From a virus (taxonomy: Duplodnaviria; Caudoviricetes), in the IMG/VR virus record IMGVR_UViG_3300032303_001800, positions 14,431 to 78,430 of that record: 64,000 bases of DNA; one strand, written 5' to 3'. The notes under the pieces were generated by a model. The model worked only from the letters and a program-made list of their open reading frames with translations, had not been told where the DNA came from and made no database searches. The position numbers and the translations under genes are program-made. Each line of letters begins with the position of its first letter. The first letter of the stretch is position 1. Of this stretch, positions 6,150 through 15,419 are shown in pieces.

Positions 6150-6479
6150 CTACTTGACCTGACGAGTCTTAGCCGCCGGAGCGGCCTTCTTGGTGGCAGT
6201 CTTCTTGACAGCCTTTTTAGCCGGAGTACCATCCGATGCAACGGGGATGGTGAGAGACATTGGTTCTGGCTTTTGAAGCGCAGAAATAGCCTTAGTGACA
6301 TCCTTGGAAATCTTGTCGATTTCTTCAAGAATCGTGTCTACATCATCGGTCACCTGAACAAGCATAGTCTGAACTTGTGTTTCAAAGTTCTTGGCCTGCC
6401 TAACAAAAGCGGCGACGCTACTACCGATGCTACCGGCAAAGCCGACTGCTACGGTGATGAGGGTGGGCATTGAAGACAT
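6150..6479 (-). CDS. Membrane-anchored coiled-coil protein with a Lys/Ala histone-like tail
   Basis: N-terminal hydrophobic segment, heptad-like middle, PAKKAVKKTATKKAAPAAK tail; GGAGG RBS. Confidence 0.7.
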   Translation of the reverse strand: MSSMPTLITVAVGFAGSIGSSVAAFVRQAKNFETQVQTMLVQVTDDVDTILEEIDKISKDVTKAISALQKPEPMSLTIPVASDGTPAKKAVKKTATKKAAPAAKTRQVK

Positions 6480-6513
6480 CTGGGTTCCTCCAGTTAGATT
6501 TAGTTGCAGGTCA

Positions 6514-6542
6514 AGTGTACAGCATCACATGCAACCTGTCAA
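6514..6542 (-). promoter_or_regulatory. Strong leftward promoter of the tRNA/Dps operon
   Basis: TTGACA-17nt-TACACT on the minus strand. Confidence 0.75.
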
Positions 6543-6550
6543 GAGTTACA

Positions 6551-6688
6551 GCAGAATTTTCTGTAGATGATATGTAGTATTAGTTAATATATATTATTAT
6601 ATATAGGGTGGTAACTGGCTGCCACCCCAAAGTTTCAAGAGAAACGCCCATTTACCCTGGTCAAATACCTGGCAACTGGCTGCCACCC
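6551..6688 (-). repeat. Non-coding iteron plus AT-rich element, homologous to the interior of the initiator gene
   Basis: GGGTGGCAGCCAGTT(A/G)CCA at 6609-6627 and 6670-6688 (minus strand); AT-rich tract at 6565-6605; GCAGAA-A/T-TTCTG palindrome at 6551-6564. Confidence 0.85.
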
Positions 6689-6694
6689 ATACCC

Positions 6695-6722
6695 TTGCTT
6701 ATTGTACCACCTCTGGTACAAT
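6695..6722 (+). promoter_or_regulatory. Rightward promoter with an overlapping operator-like inverted repeat; leaderless start
   Basis: TTGCTT-16nt-TACAAT; ATTGTACCA-N4-TGGTACAAT at 6701-6722; ATG at 6729. Confidence 0.65.
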
Positions 6723-6728
6723 TAATTT

Positions 6729-6932
6729 ATGGCAACCCCCAGCGAAAAAGAGCGCATGACTGCGATTATGGACCGGATGAATATCATTTACGGTCTTGAG
6801 GGGGTCAACCCAATTCTTATTGATGTATTGGACGCAATAACGCTTGACGTGGAGTGGCTGTATGATAGACTGAACTCTGCATGGTCAACCGTTGAGGTTT
6901 ACCAGCAGGAATTAAGACAAATTTACCGATAG
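6729..6932 (+). CDS. Hypothetical protein
   Basis: ORF track. Confidence 0.7.
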   Translation: MATPSEKERMTAIMDRMNIIYGLEGVNPILIDVLDAITLDVEWLYDRLNSAWSTVEVYQQELRQIYR

Positions 6933-6949
6933 TCCTAATTGGAGGAACA

Positions 6950-7171
6950 ATGAACTGGCTGCTATGGATTCTGGCATTTTATCTGGGGATTGGCCTGTTG
7001 ATTGCGGGTCGCCTTCACTATGTTTTGGTCAAGTTGTCCCGCGAACTTGCTGTACGGGCAATTGCTATTCGTAAACGCAATTTCATTAAAACTGTAATTT
7101 TTGACGGCCTCAGTTGGCCCTACTACGTGCTCTGGTACGGACTTAAGGATTTTTTCCAGGACATCAAGTAA
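6950..7171 (+). CDS. Small membrane protein
   Basis: Hydrophobic N-terminus; GGAGG RBS. Confidence 0.7.
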   Translation: MNWLLWILAFYLGIGLLIAGRLHYVLVKLSRELAVRAIAIRKRNFIKTVIFDGLSWPYYVLWYGLKDFFQDIK

Positions 7172-7710
7172 TGCTTATTGGACTTTGCGGTTACGCGCAA
7201 TCTGGCAAGGACACGCTTGGCGCACTATTAGTTCGCCACAACGCATTTGAGCGTCGCGCTTTTGCTGACCCCATGCGCCAAATGCTTTATGCCATGAACC
7301 CGTTTGTGTTGACTTACGAAGAAACTGGTCAGCCCAATCTAAAGCGTGTCCGCGCTATTGTTGACACCTATGGGTGGGAATATGCCAAGAAACACTCCGA
7401 GGTCCGCGACCTTCTTCAACGACTGGGGACCGAGGGTGGTCGCGACATCCTTGGTGATGACGTTTGGGTCGAAGCACTTTTCCACAGACCCTATGAAGAC
7501 CTAGTCATTACTGACGTGCGTTTTCAAAATGAGGCGGATGCTATTCATGCCCGCGGCGGTACAATTTTGCGAGTTGTCCGCGATGGGGTGTCGGCCGCAA
7601 ATAGCCACATCTCTGAGTTTTCCTATAACGACCAAGACCACATTATTTTCAATGACGGCACAATCTTTGATTTACACGAAAAGTTCCTGGAGATGTTCAG
7701 ACTAGTATGA
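7171..7710 (+). CDS. Deoxynucleoside monophosphate kinase (T4 gp1-like)
   Basis: IGLCGYAQSGKDT P-loop, FADPMR, LLQRLGTEGGR, ITDVRFQNEA. Confidence 0.88.
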   Translation: MLIGLCGYAQSGKDTLGALLVRHNAFERRAFADPMRQMLYAMNPFVLTYEETGQPNLKRVRAIVDTYGWEYAKKHSEVRDLLQRLGTEGGRDILGDDVWVEALFHRPYEDLVITDVRFQNEADAIHARGGTILRVVRDGVSAANSHISEFSYNDQDHIIFNDGTIFDLHEKFLEMFRLV

Positions 7711-8042
7711 GTAAAGCCCGCGCTAAAGGAACCAAGTTTGAAACGGATATTGTCAATTTCCTAAAAGAAAATGGCTATCCGGATGCAGAACGTTGGGGCA
7801 GTAGCAATATGGACCTCGGAGACATTCGTGGAGTTCCCATGGTTCTAGAGGCAAAGGACCAGAAGACCATGACGCTTGCTGAGTGGTGCAAGCAGGCGGC
7901 GGTATCCGCTCTTAAGGCAAACAAACTCTGGGCAGTTATCCACAAGCGCGCCCGCAAGGGGACTGGCGAGGCATATGTCACAATGTCTCTTGAACAGTTT
8001 GTTGTTTTAATGCGCGCGTATGAAAAAAGTTTAAACACTTGA
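7707..8042 (+). CDS. Holliday junction resolvase-like PD-(D/E)XK nuclease
   Basis: KAKGTKFE...D.GDI...LEAK motif pattern. Confidence 0.8.
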   Translation: MSKARAKGTKFETDIVNFLKENGYPDAERWGSSNMDLGDIRGVPMVLEAKDQKTMTLAEWCKQAAVSALKANKLWAVIHKRARKGTGEAYVTMSLEQFVVLMRAYEKSLNT

Positions 8043-8088
8043 CACAGGGTTATTTTTGTGATAGACATATTGCTATAAATGGCAACTA

Positions 8089-8688
8089 GTGCCCCAAATA
8101 GAGGAACTGATGGCTACTAAGTTAAGCAGAAAAGGCGAACAGCGACTACGTCGTTTGTCCGAAGGCCTGGAACATATTTCCCAACTGGTTAACAGAGTAA
8201 GTCTTGAAGAGATGAGCGAATTGCTTCGTCGTTCAGAAATACGCATTGACCCCAGTAGTATTTCTGGCGGAAGTGTTATTCAGGCACGCACCAATTCAGA
8301 CCCATCATCCTCCCCTGTAGAACGAGCAGTAATGGCCCGGTTGGACGGTCGCGCAATGCGTGACCCCCTGACTGAATTGGTCCGAGAAATTGAAAAGTTA
8401 ATTATAGAAGCCGAGGGCGCTTTAGCACAGGCTCACCGAAATATCCATCTCATTAAAAACCCGCTCGAGAAAACTCCAGTCCGGAAAACACCAACGCCGT
8501 GTGACTCCTGCCTTATTTTCCCAGCAGTACGTACTGGTTTTTGCGTTGAGTGCTATGGGGAGTGGGTTGATGCGGGTTCACCCGACAGGCAGCGTTGGGT
8601 CGCCTTTAAGCGTCAACTGACCTCTAGCGATGGTCAAGTTTTGGTTGAGCATCAGCCACCCCCGCGCCCCGGCATTCGAAACACTTGA
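8089..8688 (+). CDS. Hypothetical protein with a C-terminal Cys cluster
   Basis: ORF track; CDSC...CVEC; TTGACA at 8039. Confidence 0.75.
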   Translation: MPQIEELMATKLSRKGEQRLRRLSEGLEHISQLVNRVSLEEMSELLRRSEIRIDPSSISGGSVIQARTNSDPSSSPVERAVMARLDGRAMRDPLTELVREIEKLIIEAEGALAQAHRNIHLIKNPLEKTPVRKTPTPCDSCLIFPAVRTGFCVECYGEWVDAGSPDRQRWVAFKRQLTSSDGQVLVEHQPPPRPGIRNT

Positions 8689-8700
8689 CATTTAGAAAAT

Positions 8701-8889
8701 GTGATGTATATTATGTGTAAGGATAGGGAAAAGTCTGCTCCGACAGATGACGAACTAATCTATCTTGGTTTTGAGCAGTGGCAAATTTCTGCAATGCGGA
8801 GATTGCCCAGTGGCTCTCAATGGATTATCCACGACGAATTTATACGTCGAATAATGTCCGGTGAAGATGTTGATGGATTCCAACTGTAG
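8701..8889 (+). CDS. Hypothetical protein
   Basis: ORF track; start uncertain (8704 or 8713). Confidence 0.6.
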   Translation: MMYIMCKDREKSAPTDDELIYLGFEQWQISAMRRLPSGSQWIIHDEFIRRIMSGEDVDGFQL

Positions 8890-8897
8890 GGGCTACA

Positions 8898-9161
8898 ATG
8901 TCTGAAGAATGGGATAAAAGTTTTGAGGAACTCGTTGCCAAAATTAATGGTGATGACCCCGAAAAGTCCGCTCAGGATAATGCTCTGAGGGAAGAAGAAA
9001 TTGCCTTCAACCGTTTGGGCGTAATTCTTTCTCTTGAGAAGGAAAAGTCTCAGATTACCTATCTGCAGGTTTTGGCCTCGTTGCAAAAAACATCCTCCCG
9101 CGTTATTGCGGTTGTAGGGGTTCTTTCAGTTATGTGGTCTTTTTACTTCTGGTTGTCATAA
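8898..9161 (+). CDS. Hypothetical protein with a C-terminal TM helix
   Basis: ORF track; stop overlaps the terL start. Confidence 0.7.
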   Translation: MSEEWDKSFEELVAKINGDDPEKSAQDNALREEEIAFNRLGVILSLEKEKSQITYLQVLASLQKTSSRVIAVVGVLSVMWSFYFWLS

Positions 9162-10681
9162 TGGCAAGTTTTGCAGATTTTATTTCCAATTCTGTTGTAC
9201 CGCCAATGGTCGATGCTTTTGCCGCAATGGGGTACACCCCCACTGAACGGCAGCAAGTTTTTCACGAATCCTCACGGAATCGCGTCGATGCCATCCTTTA
9301 TGGTGGTGCGGCCGGTGGTGGTAAATCTTGTGCGTTCCTAATGGACGCTATTTGGCACGCTGCCAATATCCCTGGTATGAAGATTGGCTGTTTTCGCCGC
9401 TCGTATCCAGAACTTGAAGAGTCATTCTTGGCCGAACTCGGTCGCCGCGGCTATGCCCGCGACCTCGGCGCAAAATGGAACTCCACCAACAAGGTGTTGA
9501 AGTTTGCCAATGGCTCTGTTATTAATTTTTCTTACGCAGAAAACCTTGTTGACGCATCCCGAATCCTCGGTGGTGAGTACCAGGCTTTCTACATTGACGA
9601 AGCAAGCCTCATGCTCCCTGCTGTTATTCAGCACATTGAGGAGCGTCTTCGTTCCGGTAACAAACTTGTTCCGGTTATTGGCCTTCGACTTGCAACGAAC
9701 CCCGGTGGTGTCGGTCACAAGTATTTGAAGGACCGTTTCATCAATCCCACCAAGCGCGGCAAGGAAATCTACATTGAAACTGTAGATGGTTCCAAGGTTG
9801 CCCGTAAGGTTGCCTTCATTCAGGCCAAAGCGTCAGACAATCCTCACCTTAACGAAGGTTATGACGCAGTCCTTAACTCCATTCCCGACCCCGCCCGCCG
9901 TGCAGCAATGCGTGATGGTGACTGGGACGCGATGGTTGGACAGTTTTTTGAACAATGGCAATACTCCAAGCATGTCGTACGTTCTTTCCCAATTCCGAAA
10001 GAATGGCCTCGTTACGCTGGTATTGACTATGGCTACGCCGCCCCCTGGGCCGTTGTCTGGCTTGCCCAAGATAACGACGGTCGCATTTGGGTTTACCGCG
10101 AAATTTACTCGACAAAGGTCAATGCCGACGGTCAAGCCAGAAACATTTTAGAGACCGAACGAAGCGCTGGCGAGTTCGAAGTTGTGCGCGTTGCTGACCC
10201 CTCAATGTGGGGACACCGTGGAACACCACTCTCTATTGCAGATATTTATGGTCTTGAAGGTTGCGGTATTATGCCCGCCGACAACGACCGAATTAACGGA
10301 TGGTCACGCGTTCACCATTATCTAAATAATGGTCCTGCCTGCGAAATCCACCGTTTAGAGGGCAAGGATACTTGCCCTATGCTTCACGTTTTTGAGGACA
10401 AATGCCCGATGTTCATTGAGACCATCCCGGCATTGCCAAGAAATTCTGCCAAGCCAGACGATGCTGAAACTCGTAACGTAGAGGACCACATCGCCGACGC
10501 GCTAAGATATGTAATTATGGCAGTAGGAACTTACGCACGTCCCGTTATTTACGACGAAGACCCCAGCATGCGTAGCGGACTCCCAGACACGATGGTTTCG
10601 GTCGGGGAAGAGGCTGCGGGTAGAAAATTACCGATGTTCGGTGGTTTGTTTGTAGGGGACCTAAACATTAGCCCCTTTTAA
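9161..10681 (+). CDS. terL: Terminase large subunit
   Basis: LYGGAAGGGKS Walker A, YIDEA Walker B, LATNPGG, AGIDYGY RNase H-like nuclease motif, DHIADALRY. Confidence 0.95.
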   Translation: MASFADFISNSVVPPMVDAFAAMGYTPTERQQVFHESSRNRVDAILYGGAAGGGKSCAFLMDAIWHAANIPGMKIGCFRRSYPELEESFLAELGRRGYARDLGAKWNSTNKVLKFANGSVINFSYAENLVDASRILGGEYQAFYIDEASLMLPAVIQHIEERLRSGNKLVPVIGLRLATNPGGVGHKYLKDRFINPTKRGKEIYIETVDGSKVARKVAFIQAKASDNPHLNEGYDAVLNSIPDPARRAAMRDGDWDAMVGQFFEQWQYSKHVVRSFPIPKEWPRYAGIDYGYAAPWAVVWLAQDNDGRIWVYREIYSTKVNADGQARNILETERSAGEFEVVRVADPSMWGHRGTPLSIADIYGLEGCGIMPADNDRINGWSRVHHYLNNGPACEIHRLEGKDTCPMLHVFEDKCPMFIETIPALPRNSAKPDDAETRNVEDHIADALRYVIMAVGTYARPVIYDEDPSMRSGLPDTMVSVGEEAAGRKLPMFGGLFVGDLNISPF

Positions 10682-10693
10682 GGAAATAGACGA

Positions 10694-12274
10694 ATGGCTA
10701 TTACATCTTTTAGAAGGGGAATCGAGGAAATGCTCGCGCAACCTGTCGACGAAAGCATCGTCGAAGGTCGTCAGCGCACCACCGAGAAGCGTACAGGTTA
10801 CGCTGTTGGTATCCCCGTAGGCGGAAGCACCGAGATTAACGCTGGCGGAAATGTCAGCGCCAGCACTCTTGACCGCCCCACTTTTATGCTGCAGTTGCTG
10901 CAGGCGTACCTTTCGTGCACCTGGTCCTCTGCTTGTATTGACGTAATTGCCCGAACCTGCACAGCAGGCGGCATCGATGTTGTTTACATCAGCGGTGTCG
11001 ACAGCGACGCTGTTATGCCAGAACCACCTCCAGAGGTGGCAAAGGTCCAGCAGTTGCTTGCATACGTTAACCCGCACGACGATATTCGTCAACTTATGCG
11101 GGCCATGATTACTGACCTTATGATTTTTGGCGACGCCTTCTTGGAAGTTGTCTGGGTCATGGGCGAGCCTGCTGCTCTTTATCCTTTAGACCCGACAACG
11201 ATGACCGTCATTGCTGATGAACACGGCGTTGTCAAGGGTTACTTCCAAAAGACGCAGACCAACCGCCAAGCGCGTTTTAAGCCGCGCGAGGTTATTCACG
11301 TCAAGTTTGACTCCCCAGGAGACACCCTTTACGGTGTCTCCCCTACGCAAAAGAACATCCTGCCGATTACGTCGTGGTTATTCACCGCTGCGCTCATCAA
11401 GGAAACGATGAAGCGTGGAGACCCAATGCGTGCTCACGTTGACTGGCCTATCGCTCTTCCGGAATCGGAAATGAAGCGTCTCCAGCAGCAGTACGCAACC
11501 CGCAACCTTGGTGCTAAAAACATTGGAAACTTGTTCGAGACCAAGGGTGGCGCTGTTGTTAACGAAATGGGAACAAACCAGATTAATAACTGGCTCAGCA
11601 CCCTTCAGCAACGCCGCGATGAAATTCTTTCAGGTTACGGTGTCCCGCCGTCAAAGGTGGGCGTTATCGAGGCAGGAAACCTCGGTGGTGGAACCGGAAC
11701 CCAACAGGACAAGACGTTCCGCGTCAACACCTGTGGTCCTATTCAGGAACTCCTTCTTGAAAAGTTGACCTTCGCTATTTTGTATCAAGCATATGGCCTC
11801 ACTGACTGGATTTTCAAGTTCGGTGCAGTCGACTGGCGAGACGACGAAGTTATCGAAAAGATTCGCGACATGCGTATCCGAAACGGTACTTGGACTCTCA
11901 ACCGAGGTCGTGCAGACATCGGAGAGCCAGCCGTCGATGGCGGTGACAACCCAATCCTGGTTGACCGACAGAACATGGTTCTTTGGTCAGACCTTGAGGA
12001 ACTATCACACGCCAACCTCGATGCTGTTAAATTCAAGGGCGAACCTAAAAATTCTATGCAGATGGGGCAAACAAACCCCGATGCAACAGTCAGCGACCGT
12101 CAGCAGGCGTCGAGTCTTAAGACTCCCGCCAAGAACGTTCGCCCCACGGAATCAGCACGTGGCCCCGAAGACGAATCTTCCGCTCTTGAGGGTGCCTGGA
12201 ATAAGGCATACCAAAAGCGTCGCAAAGAAGTCCTAAAGGAACTGCCCCATCTAGAGGTAGGCGATGCCGAATAG
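10694..12274 (+). CDS. Portal protein
   Basis: Follows terL; GDAFLEV, LYPLDP, EVIHVK, YGVSP, YGVPPSKVG motifs of HK97-like portals. Confidence 0.92.
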   Translation: MAITSFRRGIEEMLAQPVDESIVEGRQRTTEKRTGYAVGIPVGGSTEINAGGNVSASTLDRPTFMLQLLQAYLSCTWSSACIDVIARTCTAGGIDVVYISGVDSDAVMPEPPPEVAKVQQLLAYVNPHDDIRQLMRAMITDLMIFGDAFLEVVWVMGEPAALYPLDPTTMTVIADEHGVVKGYFQKTQTNRQARFKPREVIHVKFDSPGDTLYGVSPTQKNILPITSWLFTAALIKETMKRGDPMRAHVDWPIALPESEMKRLQQQYATRNLGAKNIGNLFETKGGAVVNEMGTNQINNWLSTLQQRRDEILSGYGVPPSKVGVIEAGNLGGGTGTQQDKTFRVNTCGPIQELLLEKLTFAILYQAYGLTDWIFKFGAVDWRDDEVIEKIRDMRIRNGTWTLNRGRADIGEPAVDGGDNPILVDRQNMVLWSDLEELSHANLDAVKFKGEPKNSMQMGQTNPDATVSDRQQASSLKTPAKNVRPTESARGPEDESSALEGAWNKAYQKRRKEVLKELPHLEVGDAE

Positions 12275-12398
12275 CATTCCAGAAGACGAGCCTATGGGTG
12301 GCGCTCTAAACTCCTCAGAGCGCACAGGCACCTATGTTGCCTTTCCTGGGCAAACCGCTGAAAAAGTTTGGATGCTCGTTAACAAGCAGGTTGACTAA
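12264..12398 (+). CDS. 44-aa hypothetical protein
   Basis: Hand translation MPNSIPEDEP...; fills the gap and is coupled to the next ATG (taATG). Confidence 0.5.
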   Translation: MPNSIPEDEPMGGALNSSERTGTYVAFPGQTAEKVWMLVNKQVD

Positions 12399-12883
12399 TG
12401 GCTAGTAGTTACTTAGCATCTGCAGCCGCTTACCGCATGCACAAGCGTTATCCTGCTGGACAACAGACCGCTGCTCAGTTAAAAGCCCAACGCGAAAACC
12501 TCAAAAAAGCGCGTGCTGCACGTGGTCTTGTGCACCACACAAACAGTACTCGCTACCACGGCCTTCGTCGTTCTAGCGCAAAAAGTCGCGCCAGCAGTGC
12601 ATCCGCGAGGATGTATTACGGTCGTGATTTGCGACTCAATAAACCTAGACCCCTTGGTTCAAGGTATATGACTTTTAGGTCGACGGTACGTTTTAAACGT
12701 CCGCGCATTAACGGTATCAACAAGCGTTTCCGAAGCCGTGTTTCCCCAGGTGGTTACTACAAAAGAACCGGGTGGGGCGCATCCCGAGGACATGGTTTCC
12801 GCAAGCGCCTAGTTAAGCGTTCGCGTCGATTCCGTCAACAGTCTCACTGGAAGCAAAGGGGAAAGCGATACACTCCGAGATAG
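12398..12883 (+). CDS. Extremely basic (protamine-like) protein in the head module
   Basis: About 45 of 161 residues are Arg/Lys; only two acidic residues. Confidence 0.75.
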   Translation: MASSYLASAAAYRMHKRYPAGQQTAAQLKAQRENLKKARAARGLVHHTNSTRYHGLRRSSAKSRASSASARMYYGRDLRLNKPRPLGSRYMTFRSTVRFKRPRINGINKRFRSRVSPGGYYKRTGWGASRGHGFRKRLVKRSRRFRQQSHWKQRGKRYTPR

Positions 12884-13071
12884 CAATTTACGCACGCTCC
12901 TCTTTTGCGAACGGGTATGCGAAATACACAGATTTAGTAACCGACGAAGCCAAATCCGATTGCATTACTGCTATGCAATATGCGATTGAACACGTTGATA
13001 ACGAAAACGTAATGAAAATTGTCGAGCAGATGGGCTCCCTTGCGGGACTCAAGGCATTTTCAAGTAAATAA
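12880..13071 (+). CDS. 63-codon ORF with an apparent ATA start
   Basis: Open frame (AIYARSSFANGYAKYTD...) fills the gap; ATA overlaps the upstream TAG; AAGGGG upstream. Confidence 0.4.
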   Translation: MAIYARSSFANGYAKYTDLVTDEAKSDCITAMQYAIEHVDNENVMKIVEQMGSLAGLKAFSSK

Positions 13072-13073
13072 TA

Positions 13074-15383
13074 ATGGCTACCAATTTTTCACCTCCCGAA
13101 CAAGTACGCAAGAACGCTGCACGTTCCCTGGAATTACGCAGGAAACACGGACGCGGCATGACCGCCGTCGGCGTTGCCCGCGCTCGTGACTTGTCTAATG
13201 GCAAAAACATACCTGCAGACACCATTAGGCGTATGCACTCGTATTTTGCACGACACGAAGTAGACAAGAAGGGGAAAGATTGGGCTAACCAGTCAAACCC
13301 TTCTGCTGGATATATCGCCTGGCTTGGCTGGGGCGGTGACGCAGGTCGTTCTTGGGTTAACGGGATTATTAAAAAGTTGGATGCCAAAGAATCCGAAGGG
13401 ACTTTAAATATGGCTTCAACAAAGTCAGCCATTATCCGTGGCATCTTTATCCGACCCGGTGTCTCCAAGAATCGACGCTTGTACACGCGTGAAAATATTG
13501 GCAAAGCCATTGAGCGTATGAAAACTCAATTGGCCAGTGGCGAAGGCATGCCCATCAGCATGGCTACAAGTCACGGAGCCGCATTCAACGACGATGCTCT
13601 TGCAACCGTTGGACGTATCACGCACGTTGTGCAACTCCCCGATGGCTCCGGTCAATTCGAGGCAGAGATTGCCAACACCTCCCAGGGCCGCGACATCGCA
13701 GCGCTGACAGTTGGTCGATTTATTAAGGGGGTCTCCATCCGCGGTGAGTGGATGGGAAACCTAGACACTGTTGCGCACAGCGATGGCGAAGAGGCGATGA
13801 CCGCTCACGACCTGAGAATTCTCGGCGTCGACTTCACTCACAGCCCCGGCGTTGATGGCGCCGAAGTACAGTACGCTGTACTGGCCGAATCCTACACTGC
13901 AAGTCCCTACAATATTGTAGAGTCAATTGAGCAGGTAGAGGTTATCGAGCGTGATGAGTCACTCATTGCTAACGAAGCCGAAGAACTTATTCGCGCGGCG
14001 GTCGAAGATGTTGTCTCATCCATCATGGAAAAAGACTCATCTAAGCCGTACGGTAGCGTTACTTATGCGGACCCTGGATACCAGGCCGACAAAAAGAAGC
14101 GCTACCCGGTTGATACCGCAAAGCACGTTCGCGCCGCTTGGTCATATATTAACCAAGCCGGTAACGCGTCCGTTTACAGTGCCGCTCAACTACGACGCAT
14201 TAAGTCAAAGATAAAGTCCGCTGCCAAGAAATTTGGCATTGATATTCAAGAAGAATACAGTGGTCTTATCTCTGATTTGCGTGATGCTATTGAAACGCAA
14301 AACTTTTTAGACACCGCTAAGTCAAGCGAAATTGCCGCTCGCCTTGCCCACATTACCCTTATAAACGCAGATGAAGGTCACGTAATGCTTAATGCTCGCG
14401 GAGAAGACTTAGCAACAATTCTTAGGCACGACGCCGGTCACGACGACTGGCATGCTAAGCACGGCGACCCGCCCTGCAAATCACCGGAAGACTGCGCCCG
14501 TATGGCCGCAGCCTACGAAGAAGAAGAAAATAACTTGGACATGTCAAACGAGGGTGGCATGTCCGACGACCCAAACATGGAATGCCATGAATGCGGGACT
14601 GAGTGTCGTGACGGTGCGGCTTATTGCCACGCTTGCGGGGCAAATCTTCCCACGGAAATGCATGCAGATGTTTGTGGAAATTGTGGCGCAGAATCTATGG
14701 ATAGCGCTATGTATTGCCCCACATGCGGGCACCCCGTACCACAAGCCGAGTCAACCGACGACGCTCTAACTCAAACTAAGGAGAATGTCCAAGTGGATGA
14801 GAACATCACCGCCGCTGAGACTTCAGCCGAAGAGTCGGGGCACGCGCCCGTTGAGGCTCGAACGCTGAACGACGCGGACCTAAAGGCACTTGCCGCGATG
14901 GTTATCGCTGGCTTGAAGCCAACCGAAAATGCCCCTGAAGCCGAAGTTGAGGCCGAAGTTGAAGCACACGCCGAAGAAGTTGAGGCTCCAGTAGCCGACG
15001 CTGAAGAGGTAGTTGCTGACGCTGAAGTTTCAAACGAGGAAGCAGAGGCCGAGACACCACAGGAGAATACCGTGGAATCAAACCTTTTCACCGCCGAGCA
15101 AGTTGCTGCTATGATTTCCGAGGCTGCCTCTAAGGCCGCTACGGAAGCCGTTGCCGCTACGCGCAAGGAAGCCGTTGAGTCGTACCGTTCAACTGGTGGG
15201 GGCCGCAAGGGCCTCGTCAGCGGTTCTGCCGGCACCGACGCATCGGACCTATCAGAGTCCGAAATTACCTCAGAGTCATTGGCCGAGATGAACTCGTCCG
15301 ATTTCCGCAAGGTCCAAGCAGAAGTTTGGGGAAACACCAACTTCTTTTCAACCAAGTTCGCTCAAGCGGACCGCGGTTTCTAA
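13074..15383 (+). CDS. Multidomain prohead protease/scaffold protein
   Basis: Located between portal and MCP; protease-like block (ATSHG...GVSIRG...GVDFTHSPGV), KPYGSVTYADPG..KKRYP domain, double zinc ribbon, acidic Ala/Glu scaffold tail. Confidence 0.85.
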   Translation: MATNFSPPEQVRKNAARSLELRRKHGRGMTAVGVARARDLSNGKNIPADTIRRMHSYFARHEVDKKGKDWANQSNPSAGYIAWLGWGGDAGRSWVNGIIKKLDAKESEGTLNMASTKSAIIRGIFIRPGVSKNRRLYTRENIGKAIERMKTQLASGEGMPISMATSHGAAFNDDALATVGRITHVVQLPDGSGQFEAEIANTSQGRDIAALTVGRFIKGVSIRGEWMGNLDTVAHSDGEEAMTAHDLRILGVDFTHSPGVDGAEVQYAVLAESYTASPYNIVESIEQVEVIERDESLIANEAEELIRAAVEDVVSSIMEKDSSKPYGSVTYADPGYQADKKKRYPVDTAKHVRAAWSYINQAGNASVYSAAQLRRIKSKIKSAAKKFGIDIQEEYSGLISDLRDAIETQNFLDTAKSSEIAARLAHITLINADEGHVMLNARGEDLATILRHDAGHDDWHAKHGDPPCKSPEDCARMAAAYEEEENNLDMSNEGGMSDDPNMECHECGTECRDGAAYCHACGANLPTEMHADVCGNCGAESMDSAMYCPTCGHPVPQAESTDDALTQTKENVQVDENITAAETSAEESGHAPVEARTLNDADLKALAAMVIAGLKPTENAPEAEVEAEVEAHAEEVEAPVADAEEVVADAEVSNEEAEAETPQENTVESNLFTAEQVAAMISEAASKAATEAVAATRKEAVESYRSTGGGRKGLVSGSAGTDASDLSESEITSESLAEMNSSDFRKVQAEVWGNTNFFSTKFAQADRGF

Positions 15384-15419
15384 CAATCCTTCAACCCTAA
15401 TTCATAGGAGAATATAATC

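Noticed and set aside
7936-7944. Isolated perfect DnaA box (another at 61107-61115)
   Set aside because: Single sites inside coding sequence, explained by codons (VIHK; MWI)
14771-15355. Long antisense ORFs (also 19619..20203, 26140..26820, 50107..50685)
   Set aside because: Shadows of codon-biased sense genes; no RBS or motifs
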